From Rhodocyclaceae bacterium (lineage in GTDB: Bacteria; Pseudomonadota; Gammaproteobacteria; Burkholderiales; Rhodocyclaceae), in contig JBJHDM010000006.1 in assembly GCA_050486545.1 (NCBI GenBank), positions 27,365-91,364 on the forward strand: a stretch of DNA of 64,000 bases. Reading direction: 5' to 3'. The notes below the pieces were generated by a model. It was not told where the DNA came from and searched no databases. It worked only from the letters and a program-made list of their open reading frames with translations. The position numbers were made by a program, and so were the translations under genes. Position 1 is the stretch's first letter; every line of letters starts with the position of its first letter. Below are positions 8,537 through 17,660 of the stretch, piece after piece.

Positions 8537-9463
8537 TCAGGCGGGGTCGCGATCCGCGCCGGGCGCATCGGGGTCGACTTCCTCCTCGTACATGCGCTGC
8601 TCACGGCGTACGCGCTCTTCGGCGGCCTCGCGTTCGATCGCCTCCTGGCGCTCGCGCCAGCGTGCCAGCCGCTCCTTCGCCGCCTCGTCGTTCAGGCCGA
8701 TGCTTTGCTCGCCGAACAGGACCTGGCGCAGGAAGCGGAAGGCAAACTGCATCAGCTCGACATCGTCCGAGAGGATCATCGCCCGCTCGTCCTCGGGCAG
8801 GACGAAGAGCTTGCCGAAGCCCTCGCTCTCGACGAAGGCGCGGAAGGCATCGATGTCGTAACAGGCCATGAAGAAGAGCTGCCGGCTCTTCAGCGACGGC
8901 GCCCCGATGGCCGGACCGCAGGACTTCTTCTTGAGGACGAGCTGGCGCCAGCCGCGCGCCAGTTCGTCGAACTCGGGCAAGCCCTGTTCCGCCCGGTAGT
9001 CGTCGATCGTGATCGGCCGGTCCACCTCGTGACCGCGGCAGTGCGACTCCTTGACCAGCGCAAAACTGTCCCGATCCTGGTACTCGTCCTGCTTGCGCAT
9101 CGACAGCAATGCGACCGGATAGTAACGACACGCGGTCGGACGGTCGGCGTAGATGCTGCAGCCTTCCTCGCGCATGAAGCGGCACGCGGTCCCGTCGTCC
9201 ACCGGCTTGAGCTTGACCCCTGCGATTCCGTCCTTCTCCATCTCGTACGGCACCGTGTACTCGCGCAGGAACTCGGACGACGTGAGACCGAGGTGCTTCT
9301 TCATGCGCAGGATGTCGTAGGGCGTCAGCGAGATGTCAATGTTGGCGCAGCAGGCGTTCCAGCAAGAGATGCCCTTGTGGCACGAGAAGCGGATCTGCCG
9401 GCTGCCCTCCATGACTTCGGGGACGACGGGGCTGCCTGGAATGGGATTATCGATCTGGGACAT
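8537..9463 (-). CDS. YkgJ-family (CxxCxxCC) cysteine-cluster protein with a charged C-terminal tail
   Basis: 308 aa. SCHKGISCWNACCAN and CRFM..GCSIYADRPTACRYYP motifs typical of UPF0153/YkgJ. GAGGTG RBS. Confidence 0.7.
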   Translation of the reverse strand: MSQIDNPIPGSPVVPEVMEGSRQIRFSCHKGISCWNACCANIDISLTPYDILRMKKHLGLTSSEFLREYTVPYEMEKDGIAGVKLKPVDDGTACRFMREEGCSIYADRPTACRYYPVALLSMRKQDEYQDRDSFALVKESHCRGHEVDRPITIDDYRAEQGLPEFDELARGWRQLVLKKKSCGPAIGAPSLKSRQLFFMACYDIDAFRAFVESEGFGKLFVLPEDERAMILSDDVELMQFAFRFLRQVLFGEQSIGLNDEAAKERLARWRERQEAIEREAAEERVRREQRMYEEEVDPDAPGADRDPA

Positions 9464-9503
9464 GGAATCACCTCGAACACACCCGCACAGACGGGCTTGC
9501 TAC

Positions 9504-9538
9504 AAAAAAACGGGCCGGGAGTCCTGCGACTCCCGGCC
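9504..9538 (-). terminator. rho-independent terminator after aprA
   Basis: On the minus strand, GGCCGGGAGTC-GCAG-GACTCCCGGCC (perfect 11-bp stem), then C and a run of 7 T. Confidence 0.7.
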
Positions 9539-9643
9539 TGCGGCGCATTGCGCCCAGTCTGAACCGGGAGGAGCAGTGCGGCAAGCTTTGCCACACCCTC
9601 CCCCGGGCCGGACCCGGCATCCTGCGCCCGGTCGAAACAGCCG

Positions 9644-11674
9644 TCAGGCGTGTGCCTTGAACAGCTTGCTCTTGTCGACCAGATCGACGTGCTGGCGCTT
9701 GAAGCAGGTCCACTTCTTCGTGTTCTTGTCATAGACCGAGTTCACGAAGCACTTCCAGTTCTCCTCGTCGACGAAGTTCTTGTCCATCCGGTAGTAGAAG
9801 CCGGGATAGCGGCTCTCTTCGCGGAACTGGATGTGCTTCATGTGCGCTTCGGCGGTGAGGATGCGGTGGTAGTTTTCCCACGCGCGCAGCAGCTCGTGCA
9901 GATCCTTGGCGCGCATCTTCTGCGCGTCTTCCTTGAGCATCTCGAGCTTCTCTTCCGCGACCTTGAGCATGTGCTCGTTGGTCGTGTAGTAGGTCGCCAC
10001 ACCGGCCACGTACTCGTCCATGATCTTCTGCAGGCGGAACTGCAGCATCTTGGGCGTGATGTAGTGCGGATTGACGTCGATCGCGGTGGTGTAGTCCTTG
10101 TGCTCCAGGTACGTGCGCACCGGCTTGTAGATCTCGGCGACCAGGGTATCGACATCGGTGTCGAGTTCCGGGGTCACGTCGGCGTTGTCGATCGCGTACT
10201 GAAGCATGGCCTTGGCCGCGAGCCGCCCTTCGGCGTGCGAGCCGGACGAGAACTTGTGACCGGAGGCGCCCACGCCGTCACCGGCGGTGAACAGGCCCTT
10301 GACCGTGGTCATGGAACGATAGCCCCAGCTCCAGCCCGACGGCAGGTTGGCCGGAATCTTGTCCTTCTCCGGGTGCGCTTCGTCGGTCGGCGCGCCCAGG
10401 TCGGTCGGACCCGACACCCAGATGCCGCAGCAGCCGGAGTGCGAACCCAGCAGATACGGCTCGGTCGGCATCAGTTCGGAGTTCTTCTTCTCCGGCTCGA
10501 CGTTCTCGCCCACCCAGATGCCGCACTGGCCGACGCACATGTCGAGGAAGTCTTCCCAGGCTTCGGCCTCGAGGTGCTTCACTTCCTTCGGCGTCAGGGT
10601 CTCGCGCAGCTTCGCGAGTGCCGATACCGTATCCATGTAGATCGGGCCGCGACCTTCGCGCATTTCCTTGAGCATCAGGTGGTTGCGAAGGCACGATGCC
10701 GGAACGGCGGCCTGCCCGTAGGGCGGGTAGTCGTCGAGCATTTCCTTGTTGCGCACCATGTACGGTTCGCCCATGGCGTTGGTGGCCTGCGACTTGAACA
10801 GCAGGAACCAGGCACCGACCGGACCGTAGCCGTCCTTGAAGCGGGTCGGAACGAAGCGGTTCTCCATCATCGTCAGCTCGGCACCAGCTTCCGCCGCCAT
10901 CGAGTAGGTCGAACCGGCGTTCCACACCGGATACCAGGCACGGCCCGTGCCCTCGCCGACCGAGCGCGGACGGAACAGGTTCACGCAGCCACCGGCCGCC
11001 AGCATGATGGCCTTGGCCTTGTAGACGTAGATCTTGTTCTCGCGTACCGAGAAGCCGACCGCACCGGCGATGCGGCCGGGGTCGTTCTTGTCGTTGATCA
11101 GCTTGACGATGAACACGCGCTCCTGGATGCGATCCAGGCCCAGCGCCTTCTTCGCGGCTTCGGCGACGATCCACTTGTAGGACTCGCCGTTGATCATGAT
11201 CTGCCACTTGCCCGAGCGCACCGGCTTGCCGCCGTCCTTGAGCGCCGGGATGCCCTCGCGGATCGACTCGGCGCCGTCATGGCGCACGCCGTCGTTATCG
11301 GTCTTCCAGATCGGCAGGCCCCATTCCTCGAAGAGGTGCACCGAATCGTCGACGTGACGACCCAGGTCGTAGGCCAGGTCGTCGCGGGTGATGCCCATCA
11401 GGTCGTTCGAGACCATGCGGGCGTAGTCGGCCGGATCCTGCTCCGGGCCGATGTAGGTGTTGATCGCCGAAAGGCCCTGCGCGACCGCACCGGAGCGGTC
11501 CATCGCCGCCTTGTCGACGAGCTTGATCTTGAGTTCCTTGCCGGTCTCGGCCTTGACGGCATCGGCCCAGCGCATCATTTCATAAGCGGTGCCGCAGCAC
11601 GCCATGCCGCCACCGATCAGGAGGATGTCCAGCTCTTCCTGGACGACTTCCGGTTGTTCGAATGTTCCTGCCAT
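9644..11674 (-). CDS. aprA: adenylylsulfate (APS) reductase alpha subunit
   Basis: 676 aa. FAD motif DILLIGGGMACCG. AprA-like sequence throughout. Follows aprB by 25 nt. Confidence 0.95.
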   Translation of the reverse strand: MAGTFEQPEVVQEELDILLIGGGMACCGTAYEMMRWADAVKAETGKELKIKLVDKAAMDRSGAVAQGLSAINTYIGPEQDPADYARMVSNDLMGITRDDLAYDLGRHVDDSVHLFEEWGLPIWKTDNDGVRHDGAESIREGIPALKDGGKPVRSGKWQIMINGESYKWIVAEAAKKALGLDRIQERVFIVKLINDKNDPGRIAGAVGFSVRENKIYVYKAKAIMLAAGGCVNLFRPRSVGEGTGRAWYPVWNAGSTYSMAAEAGAELTMMENRFVPTRFKDGYGPVGAWFLLFKSQATNAMGEPYMVRNKEMLDDYPPYGQAAVPASCLRNHLMLKEMREGRGPIYMDTVSALAKLRETLTPKEVKHLEAEAWEDFLDMCVGQCGIWVGENVEPEKKNSELMPTEPYLLGSHSGCCGIWVSGPTDLGAPTDEAHPEKDKIPANLPSGWSWGYRSMTTVKGLFTAGDGVGASGHKFSSGSHAEGRLAAKAMLQYAIDNADVTPELDTDVDTLVAEIYKPVRTYLEHKDYTTAIDVNPHYITPKMLQFRLQKIMDEYVAGVATYYTTNEHMLKVAEEKLEMLKEDAQKMRAKDLHELLRAWENYHRILTAEAHMKHIQFREESRYPGFYYRMDKNFVDEENWKCFVNSVYDKNTKKWTCFKRQHVDLVDKSKLFKAHA

Positions 11675-11699
11675 TTTCTCGACCCTCGATTCGTTTGGT

Positions 11700-12185
11700 T
11701 TACTTGCGGATCAGCTCGTCGGGACGTCCGGCACGATAGCCGTTCATGACGCCGCCGTTGTCGGTGCCCGTGAAGAACCCGGGCTTGCCGAGATCCGCCA
11801 TCTTCGGCGCCGGCTTGCCGCCATAGATGTCGATCGAACCTTCGGCCGTGGTGCGGATCGGGAACTTGAAGCGCTTCATCGTCCCGTTGCGGAACTTGAT
11901 CGTCCACATGATCGAGTCGGAGCCGCGCAGCGGCTGGACCATGCCGCCCAGCGGCACGATGTCGGCGTAGTGCCGGACCTCGATGGCGTTCTGCGGGCAG
12001 ATCTTGACGCACGAGTAGCACTCCCAGCACTGCTCGGGCTCCTGGTTGAAGGCCTTCATCGCGTGGCCGGTCTCGGAACCGTCCTTGTCGAGCTTCATCA
12101 GGTCATGCGGGCAGATATACATACAGGCGGTCTTGTCCTGCCCCTTGCAGCCGTCGCACTTCTCGGTACGAACGTAGGTTGGCAT
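11700..12185 (-). CDS. aprB: adenylylsulfate reductase beta subunit
   Basis: 161 aa. MPTYVRTEKCDGCKG...CMYICP and CWECYSCVKICP cluster motifs plus the AprB-type C-terminal tail. Confidence 0.95.
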   Translation of the reverse strand: MPTYVRTEKCDGCKGQDKTACMYICPHDLMKLDKDGSETGHAMKAFNQEPEQCWECYSCVKICPQNAIEVRHYADIVPLGGMVQPLRGSDSIMWTIKFRNGTMKRFKFPIRTTAEGSIDIYGGKPAPKMADLGKPGFFTGTDNGGVMNGYRAGRPDELIRK

Positions 12186-12257
12186 GGTTTCTCACTCCTT
12201 GGTTGCAACAGTCACAAATCGATTCACCCCGGCTTCGGCGGCCGCGACGAATTCCCC

Positions 12258-13466
12258 TCAGCGGGCCGAATGTCCCGACAGTTTGACTTCCACGCGCTCG
12301 GTCAATCCGGCGTAGTACTCGCGCAGGATGGCCAGCACCTCGGGCCGTGAAAACTCGGCCGGCACCTCGGCATCCTCGGACAACATCTTGCGCAGCTTCG
12401 TACCCGACAGCAACAGGCGGTGTTCTTCGTCATGCGGGCAGGTCCGGGCCGAAGCCATGCCGCCGCACTTGTAGCACCAGAAGGTCCAGTCGATCTTCAG
12501 GGGCTGGGTCTCGAGCGAACCCTTCGGGATCTCGTCGAAGATGCGGTGCGCATCGAACGGCCCGTAGTAGTCGCCCACACCGGCATGGTCGCGCCCGACG
12601 ATCAGGTGCGAACAGCCGTAGTTCTGGCGGAACAGCGCGTGCAGCAAGGCTTCGCGCGGACCCGCGTAACGCATGTCCAGCGGATAGCCAGCCTGCACGA
12701 TCGTGTTCTTGACGCAGTAGTTGTCGACCAGCGCATTGATCGCGCGGGCGCGCACGTCGGCCGGAATGTCGCCGGGCTTGAGGTTGCCCAGCAGCGAATG
12801 GATCAGCACCCCATCGCAGGTTTCGATGGCCACCTTGGCAAGGTATTCGTGCGACCGGTGCATCGGGTTGCGGGTCTGGAACGCCGCCACGCGGCTCCAG
12901 CCCATCGATTCGAACAGGGCACGGGTCTCCTTCGGCCACAGGAACAGTTCGCCGTAGCGCGTCGGAAAATCGCCCTGCGACAGGACCTTGATCGGGCCGG
13001 CGAGATTCACGTCGCCCTGCTCCATGACCATCTTGACGCCGGGATGCTCGAGATCCGTGGTCTTGAACACGGTCGCGCATTCGTGCGCCTTGTCGATGCG
13101 GTACTTCTCGGTGATCTTCATCGTCGCGAGCACGCTGCCGTCGTCCGGATCGACGAGCGCGACCTCCCCGCCCGTCTTGATGCCGTCGGCGACGACCTCG
13201 TCGGTGGACAGCGTGATCGGGATCGGCCAGAACAGGCCGTTGGCCATCTTCATGCCATCGCACACGCCCTGCCAGTCGGTATGGCTCATGAACCCGTCGA
13301 GCGGCGTGAAGCCGCCGATGCCGAGCATGATGATGTCGCCCTTCTCGCGCGAGCTGACCCGGATCTTCGGCAAGGTCGCCGCGCGTTCGCGCTCGGCCGC
13401 AAGGGCCTCGCCTTCCAGCAGCAAGGGTTTGAGACTTCCGCCTCCGTGTGGATTGACCAACGCCAT
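12258..13466 (-). CDS. sat: sulfate adenylyltransferase (ATP sulfurylase)
   Basis: 402 aa. [11 protein letters not shown] and GRDHAGVG signature motifs. GGAGGAG RBS. Confidence 0.95.
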   Translation of the reverse strand: MALVNPHGGGSLKPLLLEGEALAAERERAATLPKIRVSSREKGDIIMLGIGGFTPLDGFMSHTDWQGVCDGMKMANGLFWPIPITLSTDEVVADGIKTGGEVALVDPDDGSVLATMKITEKYRIDKAHECATVFKTTDLEHPGVKMVMEQGDVNLAGPIKVLSQGDFPTRYGELFLWPKETRALFESMGWSRVAAFQTRNPMHRSHEYLAKVAIETCDGVLIHSLLGNLKPGDIPADVRARAINALVDNYCVKNTIVQAGYPLDMRYAGPREALLHALFRQNYGCSHLIVGRDHAGVGDYYGPFDAHRIFDEIPKGSLETQPLKIDWTFWCYKCGGMASARTCPHDEEHRLLLSGTKLRKMLSEDAEVPAEFSRPEVLAILREYYAGLTERVEVKLSGHSAR

Positions 13467-13639
13467 ACGCCTGCTCCTCCAATGCCTACGGGCTCACCCT
13501 GCCCGGGATCCCTGCGGTGCCGACGCGGACCGCCGGTCTTGTGAGAACGGCACGGCTGCAGGTTGCCGCCGTGCCGCAGGCGCCCCGAGCCAAGTCCGGG
13601 GCGCGAACCAAGCGGGCGCAGCACGGGCGCCCGGGAGTC

Positions 13640-13712
13640 TGTATTAGGCGTGTTCGCCCCGCCCTGCGTCTATTACCGCGTTGGGGTAGCCGGGTAACCC
13701 TCATGGGTAATG
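13640..13712 (-). promoter_or_regulatory. conserved upstream element, copy 2 (upstream of sat)
   Basis: 73 nt aligning with 6516-6589. The shared GCAGAACGG lies at 13728-13736. It is 173 nt upstream of the sat ATG. Confidence 0.55.
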
Positions 13713-13773
13713 GCGCTGCCGCAATGGCGCAGAACGGGCGATTCCCCCACATAGAACGGGGAAGATCCGGCGC

Positions 13774-14289
13774 TCAGACGGGAGTTGGACGGATTTCGAA
13801 CGTCATATCCCGAAGGTCGCCGATCGCCCAGGTCGCTTCCGGAGCGCCCAGGCCGGCGACCGTCCCGGGATTGACCAGCCAGGTCTGGCCGCCCTTCACG
13901 TTGGGCTGGCTGCGGATCTCGGGCTCATGGCTGTGACCGCAGCACACGAGATCGTAGTCGCCGGTACAGGCCATCGCATGCCCGTAATGCGGGTAATGCG
14001 TGACGAAGATCCGCCGGCCGCCGAGCGTGATCGCCGCATCCTGTCCGTGGTAGATGAAGAGCCCTCCCGAACGGTGCGCGATCCGCGCGATGGCGACCGG
14101 GTCACCAAGGTTGTTGCCATGCACCGCATGAATCGGAATGCCCAGTTCGAGGGACGCCTTGATCGTATTGCCCCCGATGAGGTCGCCGCAATGAATCGCA
14201 ACCTCCGCGCCGGCATCACGCCCCGACCGGATCGCCTGCGCCAGCAACGGTCCGCGGTCGTGACTGTCGGAGACGATGCAGATTTTCAT
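13774..14289 (-). CDS. YfcE/MJ0936-family metallophosphoesterase
   Basis: 171 aa. MKICIVSDSHD, GDL, GNN, GHSH motifs. Confidence 0.8.
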   Translation of the reverse strand: MKICIVSDSHDRGPLLAQAIRSGRDAGAEVAIHCGDLIGGNTIKASLELGIPIHAVHGNNLGDPVAIARIAHRSGGLFIYHGQDAAITLGGRRIFVTHYPHYGHAMACTGDYDLVCCGHSHEPEIRSQPNVKGGQTWLVNPGTVAGLGAPEATWAIGDLRDMTFEIRPTPV

Positions 14290-14690
14290 ACGAGGGACGG
14301 GCCGTCGTACTCCCCGTCCCCCTTGCCCGCGGCAGTCAGGCCGGTTCGCAGCCCTGCCATCTGGCGTTCGTGGTCGGACTGCACCTGAAGCAGCGTCGTG
14401 ACGCAGTCCTGCAGACGGTCGAAGCGATCGCGCCCGGTACCGAACTGCTGGGCTTCGGAATAGTAGAACTGCCCCTGGTAAGCGGTCTCGTCGACCCGGA
14501 ACACGACGAAATGGGCACCACGCGCCTCCCAGTACAGTCCCGGACAGTTCGTCAGTTCGTCCCCTTCGGGATCGACCTGAATCTCCCCTTCGATCGGCTC
14601 GACCTCAACCGGGGCACGGTAGCGCATCGCCAGCAACTGGCTGATCTCGTCCACTTCGGACGGTGAAATATCGGGAATCGTCTGTGCCAT
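14286..14690 (-). CDS. hypothetical protein
   Basis: 134 aa. ATG at 14690. The stop overlaps the phosphoesterase start (ATGA). No recognisable motif. Confidence 0.5.
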   Translation of the reverse strand: MAQTIPDISPSEVDEISQLLAMRYRAPVEVEPIEGEIQVDPEGDELTNCPGLYWEARGAHFVVFRVDETAYQGQFYYSEAQQFGTGRDRFDRLQDCVTTLLQVQSDHERQMAGLRTGLTAAGKGDGEYDGPSLV

Positions 14691-14888
14691 GTTCCTGCGT
14701 CCGCGTGGGGCTCCATGAATGGGTGCGTAAGAATATCTTAACCCGCTGAACTTCGCGTTCGCAAACACCGGATGGCGCATTCGGCACGCACCGTCCTACG
14801 CGTGTCGACCCGAGACAAACCGGACAAATGACCTGCCGCATGACCGTTCCTCAAGACTCATCCGCCCCGAACGGAGCGGAGCGTGCCC

Positions 14889-16694
14889 TCACGCCGGCCC
14901 GTTCTGCGTCTTGAACTTCGAGGTCTCGCGTTCGACATCGGTCACGGCCTCGAGCAGCCGTTGCGCGACCTGCGCGAGGCCGTTGGCCTGCCGCTCGGCA
15001 TTGGCCGCGTTGCCGCTGGCACCGAGGATATGGCTGGCGATGCGGTCCGCGATGTCGTCCTGTTCCCGCGCCGCTTCGTTGACCTGGGAAAACTCGCGAT
15101 ACAGGGCTTCGATCGCCTGAACCGCTGCGGACAGCTCCCGTTCGGTGCTGTCGGAAGTTTCCGAGACTTCCCGGATCATTCCGGTGGTGCTCGAAACGAC
15201 GTCCTCGGCCACACCGATTTCGGCCACGAACTGCGACAACGCCTCGTTGACCGAATGGGTCAGCGCCGCGGTTTCGTTGGAAAGGCTGCGCACCTCGTCG
15301 GCGACGACGGCGAACCCGCGCCCGTTCTCTCCCGCACGCGCCGCCTCGATCGCGGCATTGAGGGCCAGCAGGTTGGTCTGCTGCGCGATCTTGTCGATCT
15401 TCTCGAGCCGCGACACGACTTCACGCGAGTTGCGCATCACCGTCTGCATGCGCGACGAGAAATCCTCGACACGACCGACCACCTGATGGGTGCATTCACG
15501 ATTGCGATGCGCACTGTCGCACGACCGCTGGATCACCGACACGATCCCTTCGAGCTCGCCGTGAATGCGCTCGACCACCTCCAGGACGCGGTGCGAGGAC
15601 GCCTTGAGGTGATCGGTGCGCCCGGCAATGTCGTTCAGTTCGGCAGCGATGCCGTGATTGCTGGCGGTGATATGACCGCTCGTCGCCGTCAACTCGGTGG
15701 CCGCGACGTGTACGTGCTGCATGCGCCGCTTGACCTCGCCGACAATGCCGTGGATCTTGCCGACAAAGCGGTTGAACAGTCGAGACACCAGTCCCATCTC
15801 CCCCTTGCCGCGATCGTCGAGCTTGCGCGTCAGGTCTCCGTCTCCTTGCGTCAGATCGTCGATACTGTGCACCAGCGCATAGATCGGCCGGTAGATCATC
15901 AGCCGGAAGACGAGCAGCACGATCAGGAACGCAGGCAGGAACACGGCCGACAGCACGGCCAGCATGCCAGTGAGATTTTCCTGGCGTTGTGCATTGGCAA
16001 AGGCGTTGCTGACGGTCACCTTGAGATAGCCGCCGAATTCCCCCTCCCTCCAGTTGGTGTGACAGATCACGCATTCGGAGACGACAGGCAATCGATAGTA
16101 GAACTGCGAGGCATCGTCTTCGATCCTGTGCGCGCGACCGCTCGCATCGAATGGAAGTCCGGTATCGATCATGTAGTGACAGCCGGAGCAATCGCGCCCC
16201 TGAGCCCTGACCTGGCCGATGTGCGCGACGGCGGCCGGGCTTTCGTTCTGATCCCGCGAGTTCCAGTCCTCGCGCTGATAGCGGCCCCGCGTACGCTCGT
16301 AGATGGCACGGTTCGGATTGTGCGCGCCGGCACCCTCGTAGTCGTGGACGAAAGGCTTGCCGACCGTGACGTCACCGGACCGGTAGTTCTTGAGGCCGAA
16401 GCGCGAATACAGCGCGACCTCGTCGACGGAATCGATCTGCGAGAAGGTGTCGATCACGTGCTGGAAGGTCTGCCGCTGCCCCTTGTTGATCGATTCGCGC
16501 GTGTCCTCGATCAACGTCGACAGCAGGCTGTAGCCGCTTTCGAGCACACGCTGCTCGAGGATCTGGTTCTGCCGGTGATAGAACGCACCGACCGAAAGCA
16601 GCGAGACCAGCATCACGCTGACGCTCAGGTACAGCAGCGCCCGAAACACCAGCGAGCGGGTGAATTGGATCCGGGTCTGCGCCGTCGTGCTCAT
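14889..16694 (-). CDS. methyl-accepting chemotaxis protein with a periplasmic di-haem-c (2 x CXXCH) sensor domain
   Basis: 601 aa. TM1 at about aa 15-39. Periplasmic loop with CSGCH (16176-16190) and CVICH (16059-16073). TM2, HAMP, then the canonical MCP hairpin [43 protein letters not shown], 22 nt after the hydrogenase small-subunit stop. Confidence 0.9.
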   Translation of the reverse strand: MSTTAQTRIQFTRSLVFRALLYLSVSVMLVSLLSVGAFYHRQNQILEQRVLESGYSLLSTLIEDTRESINKGQRQTFQHVIDTFSQIDSVDEVALYSRFGLKNYRSGDVTVGKPFVHDYEGAGAHNPNRAIYERTRGRYQREDWNSRDQNESPAAVAHIGQVRAQGRDCSGCHYMIDTGLPFDASGRAHRIEDDASQFYYRLPVVSECVICHTNWREGEFGGYLKVTVSNAFANAQRQENLTGMLAVLSAVFLPAFLIVLLVFRLMIYRPIYALVHSIDDLTQGDGDLTRKLDDRGKGEMGLVSRLFNRFVGKIHGIVGEVKRRMQHVHVAATELTATSGHITASNHGIAAELNDIAGRTDHLKASSHRVLEVVERIHGELEGIVSVIQRSCDSAHRNRECTHQVVGRVEDFSSRMQTVMRNSREVVSRLEKIDKIAQQTNLLALNAAIEAARAGENGRGFAVVADEVRSLSNETAALTHSVNEALSQFVAEIGVAEDVVSSTTGMIREVSETSDSTERELSAAVQAIEALYREFSQVNEAAREQDDIADRIASHILGASGNAANAERQANGLAQVAQRLLEAVTDVERETSKFKTQNGPA

Positions 16695-16716
16695 GTGCCC
16701 TTCCTTCGGAACGAAG

Positions 16717-17643
16717 TCAGAAGTCCCGTTCGATCACGCGCTCGTCGCCATGGCGATGGAACATGATCTGACGCGGGAAGTGTTCGCTCGCGCATCCCAC
16801 GCAGGGATGACCGGCGCGGATGCAACTGCTGGTGTTGTTGTTGTGGCCATTGATGAGGCAGTCGTTGCGCGTGACCACGCCCTGGCACCCGAGCTTCAGC
16901 AGGCAGCCGCTGTCGCCGATGAACTCGGCGTAGTGCTTCTCCTGAAAATCCGCGTAGTAGATGCACCGGTCATGGATGGTATGGCCGAAGAAACGCAGCG
17001 GACGATGTTGGGCATCGAGCGGAGGAGGACCTCCCTTCATTGCGTAATGCAGCAGCGTGTAGACGACGTGCTCGGGCTTCACCGGGCAACCCGGCAGCGC
17101 AACCAGCGGCTTGTCGAGGTTGCGCCCCTGGAGAAACTCCTCGAAAGTGAGGCTGCCGGTATCCATGTTGTTCATGCGCGTGACCCCGGCAAAGGCCGCA
17201 CACGTCCCGGCTGCCACGCACGCACTGGCGCGCGCGGCAAGCCGCTCCACCCAGTACGCCACCGGCCGGTGCCCGAGCAGGCATGCGTGGGGCATGGCTT
17301 CGGGAACGGAACCTTCCAGCACGAGGATGTATTCGAGGTCCGATTCGACCAGGCGATCGAGCAGATCCGTGACCTGTTCGCCCGTCGCCAGCGACAGGTC
17401 CGGATGGAAGATCAGGTTCGTGAACCGGGTGAGGATGTCGAGCACCGGGACATACTCGATGTCGAGCAGGCTGCACGAGCAGCCGCTGCACGAGCTGGCA
17501 TGGAGCCAGACGATGTTGAGGCGCCCGTCGGCACGTGCATCGGCCGCGAGCAGATCGTCGAAGGTCAGGAAAGTCGAAGCGCCGGTCGCAACGATCGCAC
17601 CGTAGATCCGCTTGAGCGCTTCGCGTCGGGTTATCGATTCCAT
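16717..17643 (-). CDS. [NiFe]-hydrogenase small subunit, Tat signal, no membrane anchor
   Basis: 308 aa. [11 protein letters not shown] twin-arginine leader. Cys motifs [24 protein letters not shown]...GCLLKLGC...C...C..GHPCVGC for three FeS clusters. Confidence 0.85.
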   Translation of the reverse strand: MESITRREALKRIYGAIVATGASTFLTFDDLLAADARADGRLNIVWLHASSCSGCSCSLLDIEYVPVLDILTRFTNLIFHPDLSLATGEQVTDLLDRLVESDLEYILVLEGSVPEAMPHACLLGHRPVAYWVERLAARASACVAAGTCAAFAGVTRMNNMDTGSLTFEEFLQGRNLDKPLVALPGCPVKPEHVVYTLLHYAMKGGPPPLDAQHRPLRFFGHTIHDRCIYYADFQEKHYAEFIGDSGCLLKLGCQGVVTRNDCLINGHNNNTSSCIRAGHPCVGCASEHFPRQIMFHRHGDERVIERDF

Positions 17644-17660
17644 GCTGATTCCCGTCGTGT

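Noticed and set aside
6593-9562. Very long ORFs on the opposite strand of recognised genes. Examples: 6593-9562 (+, 989 aa), 9650-11749 (+, 699 aa), 31834-34113 (+, 759 aa), 44191-46380 (+, 729 aa), 50036-52195 (-, 719 aa) and 56482-58503 (+, 673 aa).
   Set aside because: Their translations are low-complexity and rich in Arg, His, Asp, Gly and Ala, with no motifs. Each lies antisense to a gene with clear family signatures. Stop-codon-poor antisense frames are expected at this GC content.
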